A stretch of DNA of 55,433 nucleotides from a virus (taxonomy: Duplodnaviria; Caudoviricetes), in IMG/VR virus record IMGVR_UViG_3300043449_001455, positions 1 to 55,433 of that record; one strand, given 5' to 3'. Position 1 is the first letter of the stretch; every line of letters starts with the position of its first letter. Below, one piece after another: positions 33,281-43,842 of the stretch. The notes under the pieces are model-generated. The model had not been told where the DNA came from, did not search any database, and was given only the letters and a program-made list of their open reading frames with translations. The position numbers were made by a program, and so were the translations under genes.

Positions 33281-36200
33281 TCAGCCCTCCGTGGTAAACG
33301 CTGTGGTCGAGACCGCATCAAGGGCGATGAGGCTACGGTAGCTGCTGTCAGTGGGGAACTCGCTGGCCGCGATCTCAACCATGCCATCCTCGTCGAGCGA
33401 CAGCTGCTCGATCTGGTAGACGTTGCTGCTGGTGGTGGCGGTGGTCACGGTGAACACGCTGCCGAACAGTGCAGACTGGTTGGTGGCTCCGTTGCTGACC
33501 GTTAGCGTGCCGGTGGCCACCGATGTTGCCGGTGGCCTGTAGTAGATGATGTCGTAGGTGCCATTGGCCAGCGGGCTGATGGAGGTGAGAACCCCGTCGT
33601 CGCCAATCACGCCATTGTTGGCGCCGCTGTACGGGTTCGCCTGCGTTACCACTCGAATGAAGTTGCCCGGCGCCAGATTGAGGCCGTAGGGGCTGGTCTT
33701 GAACTTGACCGTGTGAGTGATGCGCCGGCGCACCGACAGCAGGAACTTGGCAGCCAGCAGCGCATGGCCCCGGCTGGTGCAATATTGCGTCAGGTCGAAG
33801 GACTCGACCTTGTGAGCGGTGGAGCCCGCCTCGTTCCAGCGCACGGTGAGCGTCTTCTCCTCAGGCAACTGATTCTTGGCGCCCTGGCGGTAACGCATCA
33901 CGGCCTGGATGCTCTCGCGTTCCTCGCTGCCGAGGTAGTCGATTGAGAATGACTCCTCCACGATGTTGCCGCTGGTGAACAGCGCACTGATAGGCACCGC
34001 TGCTGTGCTGATCGCACCACCAGATGCGGTCGGCAGCGCCGGCACAAGGCTAAACAGCCCATCAGCTACCACGAAGTTGCAGAGAAAGAATGGCGCGATC
34101 TGGGTGATGAAGTCGCGAATGTTGGTTGGCTCTGCAATGGCGCCGTCAAAGAACAGGCTGTTGGTGCGCAAGAACTGCGCGGTTGACGCGAAATCGCTTG
34201 TTTTGATCTGAGACGGAGAGATGATCGTGCCTGCTCCTGCGGTGCGGTCAGTCAGCAGGTAGTAGACCAAATCACAAAGCAGGTTGCTGGGGCCAATCGT
34301 GCCGGCTTCTGTAGGGTGAAAGCGCGTGACGGGTATTCCATCGTCCTTCCAGATGCGGATCTGATCCAGTGATGCGTAGGTGCGGGATGCCTTGAGCGCC
34401 AAACAGGACGTGACTAGGTTGTCGTAGTCGGGCGTCGTCGGATTGATGATGATTTCGTTCACATAGCTGACCGCGTGCTCAGGCGCGCTTTCGTTGCTCT
34501 TGTTGAGCAGGTTGCCATAGAAGCTGACATCGGCCAGTTGACTGCTGCTTTCAAAGACGCGCGCGTAGCCAGCGCCGTTCTGATTCAGGGTTGCCATCTC
34601 TTCATTGAACTCGACATCACTTGCTGACACGAGCTTGGCGGACGCCTGCAGTGTGATGTTGCCGTAGCGAGTGGCATAGGTTTGGGAGAGCAGCGACTGG
34701 CCGCTTGCCGAGTAGCGGGCATCCAGCTGCCACATGTAATCGGTCGCGGCCATGTGGCGCACCACATCAGCGCCAGAGCGCGGGACAAGCCGAAACTCAA
34801 ATTGCCGCTGCGTTGGGTGAACAATGCGGATCTGGTTGTAGATGTCGGTTGGAGCTTCTCCCGTTACGCAAAGGTTTTCGAGGTGCTCCCACGGGTTGTC
34901 AGCACCGTCCAGCCCGGTGCCTGCAATCTTTATCTGCAGGGCAAAGCAGGACGTGCGCTTGAAGTAGAGCGACATGGTGCCGCTAGTCAGCGCCATGCGG
35001 TCTTGCTCCGCCTTGCGGAACTCGTCAGGAGACGGCAGCGTGGCAAAGTTGCACAAGCCGTTGGCGCGATTCCAGACCTGCGACTTGATGCCGATTTCGG
35101 TAACGTCGCAAGCACGCGTATTGCGCACTGTCGCAAACTGAACCTGCGTTAATGGGTAGTAGGCAATCGGAGCTATAGTCCGATCATCTTCCCAAATGTC
35201 GCGGCGCAGCAGATCGCGGCGAATGAGGCCGATCTGACGACGCTTGTCGGATGTTCCCAGGATTTCAATGCAGCGAAGCGTGATCTCTTGCGTCTGGCCC
35301 TTTTGCCAAATCGGCAACAGTCGGCTGACCACCTTCCACATCGTGTAGCCAATTTGGAAGGTTTCACCTAGCTGCAGTTGACCATCGACCGCCGCGCACT
35401 GGCTGTCGATTTCGCTGTTGATGTCATCGACCTGCGTATTCTTGGCGTTGGTCGTGTGATAGTAGGTTTTTGGGATCCGGTCCGGGTAGATCGTAAAGAC
35501 GCAGGTATCGTTCACCGCGACATAACGCGTTTCAGTTTCAGGGCCACCCGATGGGATGAAGTAGCTGTTGTGCTTGATGATGCCCATCTTGCGGCTGTAG
35601 CCGCGGCCTATGCCCCTTTGGCCTTGCTGCTTGATCAGCTCGCGGTCGGCCTGAGACGCAAAGCTGTAACCGTAGCTGCCGGCAATCTTTACCCGGTCAA
35701 TGCACATCTGCCCGTTTGGATCGTCGGCCGTGTCTGGGACTCTCGGGATGCCAACCAGACGCCAATTCACCCGGTAGTCAGTGCCGTTGTAAATCGGCGC
35801 ATAGACTCCAAACTCGACATTGGAGCTTAAGGAGAACGCGTTGCAGAAAGCAAAGGCATTGGCGCCTGGCCGCGTACCCACCTCCAGCACGTCGTCCGCC
35901 TTCTCGGGGTCGCCGCTGTCGTTGGTGGCGCGGGTGCCGTAGCGCAGGTTGCTGCCCTTGATCCGTGACGTGCCGTTGAAGCTGCCGCTCTTCCAATAGA
36001 AGGCGTAGGTGTGCTCGAAGGCGGCATCCAGCGGCGTGTTGCCGAGGAAGATGCCGGCAAGGTCTGGCTTGTCGATGCCGGCGGTGCCGACGCCCTGCTC
36101 GCCGACCACGAACATTAGCTTGGCGCCTTGCTGCTTGCCGTAGCTGAAAGCGCGGGACCAGACCAGCTTGGGGGAGAACAGCATCCCGCCCGTGGTGCCG

Positions 36201-36595
36201 GTGTAGCGGCCGAACAGGATCGGAATCGGTTCGCCGTAGGTGGCAAGCTGGGCCTGCGTGTCGAAGCCTGTGGTGGGCGCAAAGGCTTGCAGGCCCTCGC
36301 GGTTGGCCAGTTGCTTTTGGCGGGTGCCCTGATCGGCGGCGATACCCTTTGGCTTAGGGATCAGCAGAATGCTGGCAGCCGTGCTGGCAATGCCAATCAC
36401 CAGGCTGATGATGGCGATTGTGCCGGGGTCCATCCGCACATCGGGGATGTGCTCGTAACCAGCCGGACGCGGCTTGGCTCGCTTTACCGCCTCGCTGACG
36501 AAGAACCGGTACTCATCCTCAGTCAGTCCAGCGTGCGCAATGAGCTCGCGCTCGAACGGAAGCAGTGGCAGTCGGTGACGCTTGACAGTGGGCAC
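33281..36595 (-). CDS. Central tail tip/host-specificity protein (gpI/gpJ-like)
   Basis: YGEPIPILFG, LVWS, late FFDG/LVP and LAPGNFIRV motifs; start uncertain (36595 or 36646). Confidence 0.8.
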   Translation of the reverse strand: MPTVKRHRLPLLPFERELIAHAGLTEDEYRFFVSEAVKRAKPRPAGYEHIPDVRMDPGTIAIISLVIGIASTAASILLIPKPKGIAADQGTRQKQLANREGLQAFAPTTGFDTQAQLATYGEPIPILFGRYTGTTGGMLFSPKLVWSRAFSYGKQQGAKLMFVVGEQGVGTAGIDKPDLAGIFLGNTPLDAAFEHTYAFYWKSGSFNGTSRIKGSNLRYGTRATNDSGDPEKADDVLEVGTRPGANAFAFCNAFSLSSNVEFGVYAPIYNGTDYRVNWRLVGIPRVPDTADDPNGQMCIDRVKIAGSYGYSFASQADRELIKQQGQRGIGRGYSRKMGIIKHNSYFIPSGGPETETRYVAVNDTCVFTIYPDRIPKTYYHTTNAKNTQVDDINSEIDSQCAAVDGQLQLGETFQIGYTMWKVVSRLLPIWQKGQTQEITLRCIEILGTSDKRRQIGLIRRDLLRRDIWEDDRTIAPIAYYPLTQVQFATVRNTRACDVTEIGIKSQVWNRANGLCNFATLPSPDEFRKAEQDRMALTSGTMSLYFKRTSCFALQIKIAGTGLDGADNPWEHLENLCVTGEAPTDIYNQIRIVHPTQRQFEFRLVPRSGADVVRHMAATDYMWQLDARYSASGQSLLSQTYATRYGNITLQASAKLVSASDVEFNEEMATLNQNGAGYARVFESSSQLADVSFYGNLLNKSNESAPEHAVSYVNEIIINPTTPDYDNLVTSCLALKASRTYASLDQIRIWKDDGIPVTRFHPTEAGTIGPSNLLCDLVYYLLTDRTAGAGTIISPSQIKTSDFASTAQFLRTNSLFFDGAIAEPTNIRDFITQIAPFFLCNFVVADGLFSLVPALPTASGGAISTAAVPISALFTSGNIVEESFSIDYLGSEERESIQAVMRYRQGAKNQLPEEKTLTVRWNEAGSTAHKVESFDLTQYCTSRGHALLAAKFLLSVRRRITHTVKFKTSPYGLNLAPGNFIRVVTQANPYSGANNGVIGDDGVLTSISPLANGTYDIIYYRPPATSVATGTLTVSNGATNQSALFGSVFTVTTATTSSNVYQIEQLSLDEDGMVEIAASEFPTDSSYRSLIALDAVSTTAFTTEG

Positions 36596-36909
36596 CAGGC
36601 CACCTGCTCCAGCTGTCGGTTGATGTAGAGGATTCCGCTCTGCCATGTCACACCGAATGCCTGCGTGTCCTGCCGAAACAGAAGCACATCACCATCGTAC
36701 CTAGGCTCAGGAACTCTGCGGCCCCAGCCAAAAAGATCGCGAGTGATTTCGCGCCAGCCGGCCTGATACCAGTCGGGCTTGAAAGGCGGGGCAGGGATCC
36801 CCAGCCGATCGAGCACCACGTACACCAGGTGGATGCAGTCGATCTCGCCGTCGCTGCCATCCGCGCCGCGGCGATATTTAAGCCCGACCAGGTCACTGCA
36901 GTCGCACAT
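36523..36909 (-). CDS. NlpC/P60-like tail assembly protein (gpK-like)
   Basis: DLVGLKYRRG...IDCIHLV...GDVLLF. Confidence 0.7.
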   Translation of the reverse strand: MCDCSDLVGLKYRRGADGSDGEIDCIHLVYVVLDRLGIPAPPFKPDWYQAGWREITRDLFGWGRRVPEPRYDGDVLLFRQDTQAFGVTWQSGILYINRQLEQVAWCPLSSVTDCHCFRSSASSLRTLD

Positions 36910-37360
36910 TGCTGGTCACCGGCAACGATCCGATGAGCTGCTGCGTCAGTCGGCGCATGGGAGCGTCAGCGCCCACCGCGTCGAGCACTGTGTTCAGCGT
37001 CAGGCTGAGCGATGCCTCATCCCATGATCCCTGCGCCACTTGGCCGACGTATTGGTGCATCCGGGTGCCGGTGGTGCGGTCGTCAGGATTCAGGGCCATC
37101 ACGTACACCGTGGCCATCCACCGTTGCTCAAGCGCCGACACGGCCCAGGCCCGGCTGAGGTCGTTGTTCGGGAAGACCAGCGAGGCTTCGGTGTTGTCGC
37201 CGTTGCGGTTGATCGTGACGCCAGAGAAGCCGAACGGCAGGAACTGATAGGACTGCCCCTCAAATGTGGCCGACTGCGCGATGTGGAAATTCTGGAATCG
37301 GTAGGTCACGTTGGTGCCGGCCAGCGTGAGGTAGTTGCCGATCGCAAGTTCAATGCTCAT
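36893..37360 (-). CDS. Minor tail protein (gpL/DUF1833-like)
   Basis: FEGQSYQFLPF...; directly after the tape measure gene. Confidence 0.7.
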   Translation of the reverse strand: MSIELAIGNYLTLAGTNVTYRFQNFHIAQSATFEGQSYQFLPFGFSGVTINRNGDNTEASLVFPNNDLSRAWAVSALEQRWMATVYVMALNPDDRTTGTRMHQYVGQVAQGSWDEASLSLTLNTVLDAVGADAPMRRLTQQLIGSLPVTSNVRLQ

Positions 37361-40300
37361 ACGCCAACCTTCCTGCGGGTGCTGGGCGACTGCTGCAGGC
37401 GACGCAGCGTTTGGCGCTCACCTTGGCGAGCTCCTTCCAGTGCAGCCTGCCTCATGCCTTGCTGGAATTGATCGGCCGTCACGTATTCCACATTGTTGAT
37501 GCGCTCGACGGTGTAGCGGACATCGATCGGGCCGCCGCCAGCGGAGCCGGGGTCGCCTGCAGCTGCGCTGGCCATCTTGCCGTCTTCAGTGACGGTGCCG
37601 TTGGCGCCGATCGGCCGGTAGCGGTTCAGCGCGTCGTCACGCTGCTTCATCTTCACCGGGATCGAACGGCCGTCCGGTAGCGGCACATAGGCCTCGGGGC
37701 CGCGCTCGCCAAACATGGCCAGCTGCGGGGCTTTGGCGACCCCGCCCGTGGCGTAGCGGTTCAGCGGAACCGGGCCGCCGGTGGCCATGACGCCACCGTT
37801 GGCAAAGCTGAAGCCAGATGCAAAGCCTCCACCAGAAAGCAGGGCATAAGAGGGAACGCCTGCAGTGCTGACACCGCCTAGGCCACCTCCACCACCTCCA
37901 CCGAAGACCCTGGCGATGCTGTTCAGCGCAACGATGATCAGCTGCTTGGCGATAATGTCCGCGGCCATTTTGATGAACGCATCACCAATGGACTTGAACA
38001 TGTCAGAGAGAGTCTGCTTGATGCTCTGAGCACCGGTGACAAGATTGCTTACTGCGCTGCCGATTGCTGTGCCGAGACTGCTCTCGATCGTCTGAGCCAT
38101 GCTGATGATGTAATTTTCGATGTTTGTCAGCTCGGCAAGCTGCAGCTTCATCTGGCCGATGTAGTTGGCCAGTGCTACGCCGGAATTCGTCAGGGCTTGA
38201 GCGCGTGCATTCTCGGCCGCTACTTGGCGGTCAAGCGCGCTGTTCATCAGCTCAAGCTCTAACGTGTAAGCGGCCGCTTTTTGTGGATCGTCTTTGTTTT
38301 CACTGATTAAATTATTTAGCTCAGCTTCGCGATCGCGGCGCCGCATTTCGATCTTTTCGATATTCATGCGAGCCTCGATCAGCTCAGGGCGCATCCCCTC
38401 CTGTTCAAGCTTCACCCGCTCTCTAAGCAGCGCATTGGTGTCCTCCATCGCTCTTGCTTCATTGCGCAAGCCTTGAGTCTGATCTTGTGCGTACCTGATT
38501 GCCTCTCGGCTGATCAGGAATTTCGACTGATCAGCGCTCATGTCAAGCAGAGCATTGGCCTGCTGCACTTCCGCGTTGGCGCTTCCGAGCTTGCCTTGTG
38601 CGGCGACGTTGCGGCGGCTCTGAGCAGCTACACCAGTAGGAGCGCTGTTGGTCGCGCCGCCCTCAAACTTGCCGTGGATAATTTTATACACTTTACCGTC
38701 AGGCGTCATAAACGCAGCGGCGTCGCCGAAGGAGCCCGGGGTGCTGCCCATCCATTTGGCACCACCGGCGAGGGTTAGCGCCGCTCCAGCGCCAAACGCA
38801 TAATCTCGACCAGCGTGTCCGCCGTAGCTGCGAGGGGCGCCGTACTCTCCGCCCGGCACCGTCACACCGCTGGACAGCGGCCTTCCGTTCACCTGGACGT
38901 AGGCATCGAGTGCATTTCGGGCGTAATAGCCACCGTCGCTGCGCTTGATGTCGAAGTGCGGGCCGTACTGGTTGGCACCCCGCGGCCCGATGCCGCCTTG
39001 GATGTAGCGGCCGGTCACGGACCCACCGCCACTGCCGGAAGCACTTCCCAGCCCCTGCGAGGTGACGGCCTCCATCTGGGCGTTGAATTGCGCAGTCCGC
39101 TCGGCAACGGCAACGCCGAGCGTTGTCTCGCGCAATTGACGGCGAATCGCGTCGATGCGCGCAGAGAACTCGTTGGCGGCGCGGCGCACTTCGGCACGCT
39201 CGCCCTCCAGCGCGCCGGCCCGAATATCTGCCTGCAGCCGCATGCGCTCGTCTTCGTAGTCGTAGCGCCTTTTGACCAGCTCAATTTGGTTATTGAAGAC
39301 TGTTCGGGCCTGCTCGACTTGGGCCCTCGCAGTGGCTTCGTCGAGGCGCTGCTGCTCGGCGGCGAGGCGTTCGGCATCCTCGCGTGCCTTTTCGGCGGCC
39401 TTGTCGGCGCCGCCTTCCTTGCCGGCAGGGTCATCGAACTTGGTGAGCTCTTGCTGCAGCCTTTTGAGCTGGTCGCGCTGGACCTCTAATTCAGTGGGGA
39501 ACTTAAGTGGATCAAGACTGTCGATTGTTTTCTGCGCGCGGGCGATGCGAGTCTCAAGCAGTTTTTTCTGCGCTTGATAGTCACCAGGGCCGGCGCCAAA
39601 TAGCGTGGCGCCAGGGATCATCGTTTTCCATGATCCGGCGTTCAGGCTTTTCAGTTCGTCGCGGAATTTGCTCAGGTCGGTGCGGGCCTGGCCGACAGCA
39701 CCCTGAACGGTTTCGCGCGTTGCTCCAGCAAAAGTTTGGTTTGGATTGTATTCGCGAAGCGACTTGAGCTCTTCGCGGACTCGGCGAACCTGATCAAGGC
39801 CCTTGACAATGACGTTGACGCCAACGGTGATGATCCCAAGCACAGTCAGCGACCTGAGCGCCGCGCCCAGCGCCACAACCTTTGGCGTTGCCATCGCTGC
39901 CGCGATTGCAGTCTGCGTGCTGCCCAGCTGAATAATGGCAAACATTGCCGAAACCGCTGGCCTCAGCGCAATGAATGCCTTGATCGCCAGCGAAATCGCG
40001 CCCATCTGGGCGGCAAACTTAACCAGATTTGCAATCGCACCGGCATTTTCAACGATGGCCTTAATCGCCCCGGCCAGCCCCTTGGCCGCTTCAATTACGC
40101 CGGGCGTAATGCTCTTGAGGAAGTCGGAGAATGCGTTCTGCAGTTCGGCGCCGATTGGTACGAGCTCTTTGCCGATGGCTGCGCGGAAGTCTGCCAGTGT
40201 TTTCTGGAAACGCTGGCCAGCATCAGCGTCAGACGTGGCAATCTTCTTGGCCGTTTCGGTGTAGCGATCTCCAAGGGAGATCACGAATTTCATCACGTCG

Positions 40301-42105
40301 TTCAGGCCGACAGTGCCTTGCTCAAGATCCTTCTGGAGCTGGGGCAGGGTGCGTCCGGTGGCCTCGGCGAATGCTGTGACAGCGCCAGGCAAGCGCTCGC
40401 CCAACTGGCCCTGCAGCTCTTCTGCCGAGACCTTGCCCTTCGAGAAGATCTGCGCCATAGCGGTCAGGGCGCCCTGCACCTGCTCGGCGCCGCCACCGGT
40501 GGCCTTAATGGCCGTGGTGATGTTGCGGAACACCAGCTCGGCGTCGTTGACCTTGCCGCCAGCACCGATGACTGCAGCGCTCAGCTGCGTCATGCTTTGC
40601 GTGGTCTCGCCGATCGGCACGTTGAACTGGTTGGAGATGCTCTGTGCCGCCTGCAGTGCCCGCTGGTATTCAGCTGCGCTGCCGGCAACGCCTTCAAGGG
40701 CGATGCGCTGCTTCTCAAGCTGCGCGGCGTAGTCAGCAAAGCCGCCCAGCGCCTGACGGCCCATGCCGCCATAGGCGCCCACGGATCCGCCGAGGAATGC
40801 CCCCGTGGCAAAGCCGGCGGGGCCGCCAACTGCAGCGCCAATCAGGGATCCGCCCAAGCTGCCGAGGAAGCCCTCGGGCCCGCCGAAGATGCCCGACGCA
40901 GCGAGCGCACCAGCGCCTTGCCCGATTTGCGCAGCGCCGCCGCGATTGCCGCCCTGTCGCCGCCCGATCTGACTGTCGATCGTGCTGACCGCCTTGCGAG
41001 CCTCGCGCTCGATCTGCGCGTATTCCTTGTCGAGCGGGCTGATCGTGGCGCGGAGCTGCTCCCATGCCGCACGCTGCTGCTGCAGGCTGCTCACGCTGCC
41101 ATCAGACGCCATCGATGTCCGGCGGATGCTTTGAGCTACCTCTTCGTAGCTGCGCCCCATGAGCTGCAGCTGGTTGGCTGCAATCTGGTTGCTGATGCCG
41201 CCAATGCTGCGGAAAAGGGCGCTGGGCTCCGGCGGACCGATCGGCGCGTCGTAAAGCGGGCCGGGCTGGCGAGCCTGGTTGCGGGCGATCGATTTCTGGA
41301 CCGCGATTCGGTCTTCAAGGCCGCTGGAGAATGCCAGGAACCCGCTGCCGGTATTGCGGCTCTGCTCAAGGCGGCGACGAGCGGCCTCAACTGCAGGGTT
41401 TGAGAATTCTTGATTCAGCCGCCGCTGGACGTTGGCGATTTCACGCGACACCCGGATCCAGTCGGTGCCGCCGCGGCTAAGGTTGACGAACTCGGCGTTC
41501 AGTTCGCTCAGGCGCTGGTTGAGGCCTGCTGTGGTGTTCGGCAGCTCGGGCAATGCTGCCCCACCCTTGCCGCCTTGCGCGTAAGCCGCTGCACCGGCGA
41601 TCACATTCTGCCGGCCAAGCGCAGCGTTAAACGGGATCTGGCGACGCTGGATCTCGGTCAGAGCGTCGGTGTACTGGCGGGAATAGACGCTGAGTTCTTG
41701 CAGTCCGCGCTTGAGCGCACCGATCTGCTTCTCGAATGTACTCGGCTTTGATCCAACAATCTGGCTTTTTAGCTGCGCATCAGTGAATTGCTTTACGCCA
41801 CTCGCCGCTTCTTGATACGCGCCACCAAGGGCTTTTACGTCTTTACCAAGCTGCCTATAGACAGCGCCGCCGATTGATGCCTGCGCTTGCAGCGCTTTTA
41901 GGGCATCAACCTGGCCCTTGATAACCTGCTGGCTTCTGGCGCCAGCTTCGCCGAATGCCAGGATCTGTTTTCTGGCTTTTTCCAGCTCGGCATCAGCCGG
42001 CCCGATCGCCTGCTGCAGCCCCTTAAACGCACCCTTGAGCCTGTCGAAGCCCTCTAGGCCTTCGATCTGGGCGAGAATCTTTACCCTTGCGACCGACTCA
42101 GCCAT
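37357..42105 (-). CDS. Tape measure protein
   Basis: 1582 aa; QIFSKGKVSAEELQGQLGERLPG domain; FANGG...GERGPEA C-terminus. Confidence 0.93.
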   Translation of the reverse strand: MAESVARVKILAQIEGLEGFDRLKGAFKGLQQAIGPADAELEKARKQILAFGEAGARSQQVIKGQVDALKALQAQASIGGAVYRQLGKDVKALGGAYQEAASGVKQFTDAQLKSQIVGSKPSTFEKQIGALKRGLQELSVYSRQYTDALTEIQRRQIPFNAALGRQNVIAGAAAYAQGGKGGAALPELPNTTAGLNQRLSELNAEFVNLSRGGTDWIRVSREIANVQRRLNQEFSNPAVEAARRRLEQSRNTGSGFLAFSSGLEDRIAVQKSIARNQARQPGPLYDAPIGPPEPSALFRSIGGISNQIAANQLQLMGRSYEEVAQSIRRTSMASDGSVSSLQQQRAAWEQLRATISPLDKEYAQIEREARKAVSTIDSQIGRRQGGNRGGAAQIGQGAGALAASGIFGGPEGFLGSLGGSLIGAAVGGPAGFATGAFLGGSVGAYGGMGRQALGGFADYAAQLEKQRIALEGVAGSAAEYQRALQAAQSISNQFNVPIGETTQSMTQLSAAVIGAGGKVNDAELVFRNITTAIKATGGGAEQVQGALTAMAQIFSKGKVSAEELQGQLGERLPGAVTAFAEATGRTLPQLQKDLEQGTVGLNDVMKFVISLGDRYTETAKKIATSDADAGQRFQKTLADFRAAIGKELVPIGAELQNAFSDFLKSITPGVIEAAKGLAGAIKAIVENAGAIANLVKFAAQMGAISLAIKAFIALRPAVSAMFAIIQLGSTQTAIAAAMATPKVVALGAALRSLTVLGIITVGVNVIVKGLDQVRRVREELKSLREYNPNQTFAGATRETVQGAVGQARTDLSKFRDELKSLNAGSWKTMIPGATLFGAGPGDYQAQKKLLETRIARAQKTIDSLDPLKFPTELEVQRDQLKRLQQELTKFDDPAGKEGGADKAAEKAREDAERLAAEQQRLDEATARAQVEQARTVFNNQIELVKRRYDYEDERMRLQADIRAGALEGERAEVRRAANEFSARIDAIRRQLRETTLGVAVAERTAQFNAQMEAVTSQGLGSASGSGGGSVTGRYIQGGIGPRGANQYGPHFDIKRSDGGYYARNALDAYVQVNGRPLSSGVTVPGGEYGAPRSYGGHAGRDYAFGAGAALTLAGGAKWMGSTPGSFGDAAAFMTPDGKVYKIIHGKFEGGATNSAPTGVAAQSRRNVAAQGKLGSANAEVQQANALLDMSADQSKFLISREAIRYAQDQTQGLRNEARAMEDTNALLRERVKLEQEGMRPELIEARMNIEKIEMRRRDREAELNNLISENKDDPQKAAAYTLELELMNSALDRQVAAENARAQALTNSGVALANYIGQMKLQLAELTNIENYIISMAQTIESSLGTAIGSAVSNLVTGAQSIKQTLSDMFKSIGDAFIKMAADIIAKQLIIVALNSIARVFGGGGGGGLGGVSTAGVPSYALLSGGGFASGFSFANGGVMATGGPVPLNRYATGGVAKAPQLAMFGERGPEAYVPLPDGRSIPVKMKQRDDALNRYRPIGANGTVTEDGKMASAAAGDPGSAGGGPIDVRYTVERINNVEYVTADQFQQGMRQAALEGARQGERQTLRRLQQSPSTRRKVGV

Positions 42106-42442
42106 CTGACTTGTTCAGCTCCTGGAGGGCGGTCGATTCCATGACCTGGATTCCCTCAAGCATGGCCTTCGGGTCCTCTACCGAGTATAGGTCGCACAGC
42201 TTGAAGAGCACCTCGTACTTCAAGCCTGTGTAGCCACCCATCACAACGCTCCACTGGGTCTGCATCCGCAGAAACATCATGACAATGTCCCAGTTTTCGT
42301 CCCAGACCTCAAAATGCTCTTCCTCTGCCTCCTCGGAGACTGCAGATGGAGCAAGGCCGAAGAGACGAGCGTCTTCCTCGGCCTTGTCAGTGCTGGGGGA
42401 GCCGCCCGTGGCCCAGTACCGAGCGGCTTCCTTCAGTTTTTT
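42098..42442 (-). CDS. Tail assembly chaperone GT extension (DUF1799-like), via -1 frameshift
   Basis: Slippery A AAA AAC (42442-42436); -1 frame reads LKEAARYW...VWDENW...TQW...GLKYE. Confidence 0.85.
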   Translation of the reverse strand, partial: KKLKEAARYWATGGSPSTDKAEEDARLFGLAPSAVSEEAEEEHFEVWDENWDIVMMFLRMQTQWSVVMGGYTGLKYEVLFKLCDLYSVEDPKAMLEGIQVMESTALQELNKSDG

Positions 42443-42759
42443 GCTTTGGCCCCTTCCAGCGTCTCAAGGTACGCTTTCACAATCCCCTTGGCGAAATAGG
42501 GATCGTCGAGCATGTCCTTGAGCGCTGCTTTGGTGAAGGGGATCTCCTTCCCTGCTTCGTCCTTGACGCCTTCCCAGTCCTGCAGGACTGCGTGAACCAG
42601 GTCGGCGTCACCCTTGTCGACCAGCTTGCTGAACTCGTCACGCCCAAGGCGCTTGAAAGTTGCGTCAAACGACTCACTTTCAAACGAGCCACCGTCGACG
42701 GGAAATTCAACGGTGACGGGCCACTTGAACGTGGACGATTTCTTGCGGACGAAAGCCAT
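42433..42759 (-). CDS. Tail assembly chaperone G
   Basis: WPVTVEFP.DGG...WEGVKDE.G..IPF...AKN; lies between tube and tape measure genes. Confidence 0.88.
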   Translation of the reverse strand: MAFVRKKSSTFKWPVTVEFPVDGGSFESESFDATFKRLGRDEFSKLVDKGDADLVHAVLQDWEGVKDEAGKEIPFTKAALKDMLDDPYFAKGIVKAYLETLEGAKAKN

Positions 42760-42779
42760 GCAGGGAGTGCTCCTAAGGA

Positions 42780-43712
42780 TCAGGTGAAGGCGAGGCTAAC
42801 CTCGTCGTTACCTGCGCTGGTGGGGATGGCCACGTAGGGCAGGTTCAGCATTTGGATGCCGTCGCTGTCACTATACGTGGGGCTGCCGATGTCGACCTTC
42901 TGGGCGGTGAAGGTGACGATGTTGCCGGCCGTGGTGCCGTGCTCGAACGTCAGGCTGCCGGTGGTGTTGCTGTTTGCGACCGTGAAGAAGTCCTTCGCCG
43001 CGATGGTCGGGGCCTCGATCACAGCCTCGCCGGAGGGGGCGCGGTTGGTGATGATCACCTGCTTGGTGCAGCCAATCAGCTCGCGGTAGACCACCTCGTT
43101 GGCGATGTCGAAGTTCACCGACATCAGGCAGCCGCTGTAGCTCAGCAGGCTGAAGTTCGAGGTGTTGCCTTCCTTGAAGATCAAGGGGGTGGCCTGAGCC
43201 GAGTAGGTCACCACCGGGGCCGCGGTGTCGGTCGGGGCGTTGTAGATGCCGGTCATCGTGAAGTCGATGGTCGGGATCTGGCCCAGCTCGCAGTTCATCG
43301 TGAATGAGCCGCGGCAGCCGGTGGCCTTGTGCAGCACGCCATCGTTGTTGAAGTAGATGGTGGCCGAGCTGAAGCTGGCGCTCACCGGCGCATAGGTCAC
43401 GCTCGTGCTCGCCACGATGGTCGCGCTCATGCCGCATGCCTTCAGCAGGGCGTCGTACTTGGGCGCAGTGCCGGCGGTGCCGGAGCCGGCCAGCTCCACC
43501 TGGAAGGTGATGCTGACGCGGGTGTTGCCGAGGAGCTGCTCGGAGTTGCCCAAGTAGGGGCGGATCAGGTCACGGGACACCTGATCGGATTCGATCGGAG
43601 TGATGTCCAAGTTGCGCACCAGGATCGCGTCGGTGCCTGCCGGCGTCGAATCTGTTGCGTAGGTGGATTCAGTCTTCGCCAGGATCAGGCGTTTGCGAGT
43701 CAGGAGCGGCAT
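42780..43712 (-). CDS. Major tail tube protein
   Basis: ILAKTESTY..D...ELAGSGTAGTAP...ACG...G..AGNIV. Confidence 0.88.
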   Translation of the reverse strand: MPLLTRKRLILAKTESTYATDSTPAGTDAILVRNLDITPIESDQVSRDLIRPYLGNSEQLLGNTRVSITFQVELAGSGTAGTAPKYDALLKACGMSATIVASTSVTYAPVSASFSSATIYFNNDGVLHKATGCRGSFTMNCELGQIPTIDFTMTGIYNAPTDTAAPVVTYSAQATPLIFKEGNTSNFSLLSYSGCLMSVNFDIANEVVYRELIGCTKQVIITNRAPSGEAVIEAPTIAAKDFFTVANSNTTGSLTFEHGTTAGNIVTFTAQKVDIGSPTYSDSDGIQMLNLPYVAIPTSAGNDEVSLAFT

Positions 43713-43842
43713 CGCTGGTTACCTCAGGTTGGGGTGTCGCGACCGGCTCAGTCCGCTCGATGAGCTGTCTCTTGCCGGTTTTGGGGTTGAGGAGGTAGGT
43801 GCCTCCCTGACCATGGTATTCGTCGATTGTGATAGCCATCAT
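43669..43842 (-). CDS. Small hypothetical protein
   Basis: DEYHGQGGTYLLNPKTGKRQLIERT; overlaps the tube gene start. Confidence 0.6.
   Translation of the reverse strand: MMAITIDEYHGQGGTYLLNPKTGKRQLIERTEPVATPQPEVTSDAAPDSQTPDPGED

Noticed and set aside
39736-41403. 555-aa plus-strand ORF and other long antisense ORFs in the track
   Set aside because: Shadow frames of GC-rich genes such as the tape measure, with no recognisable motifs.
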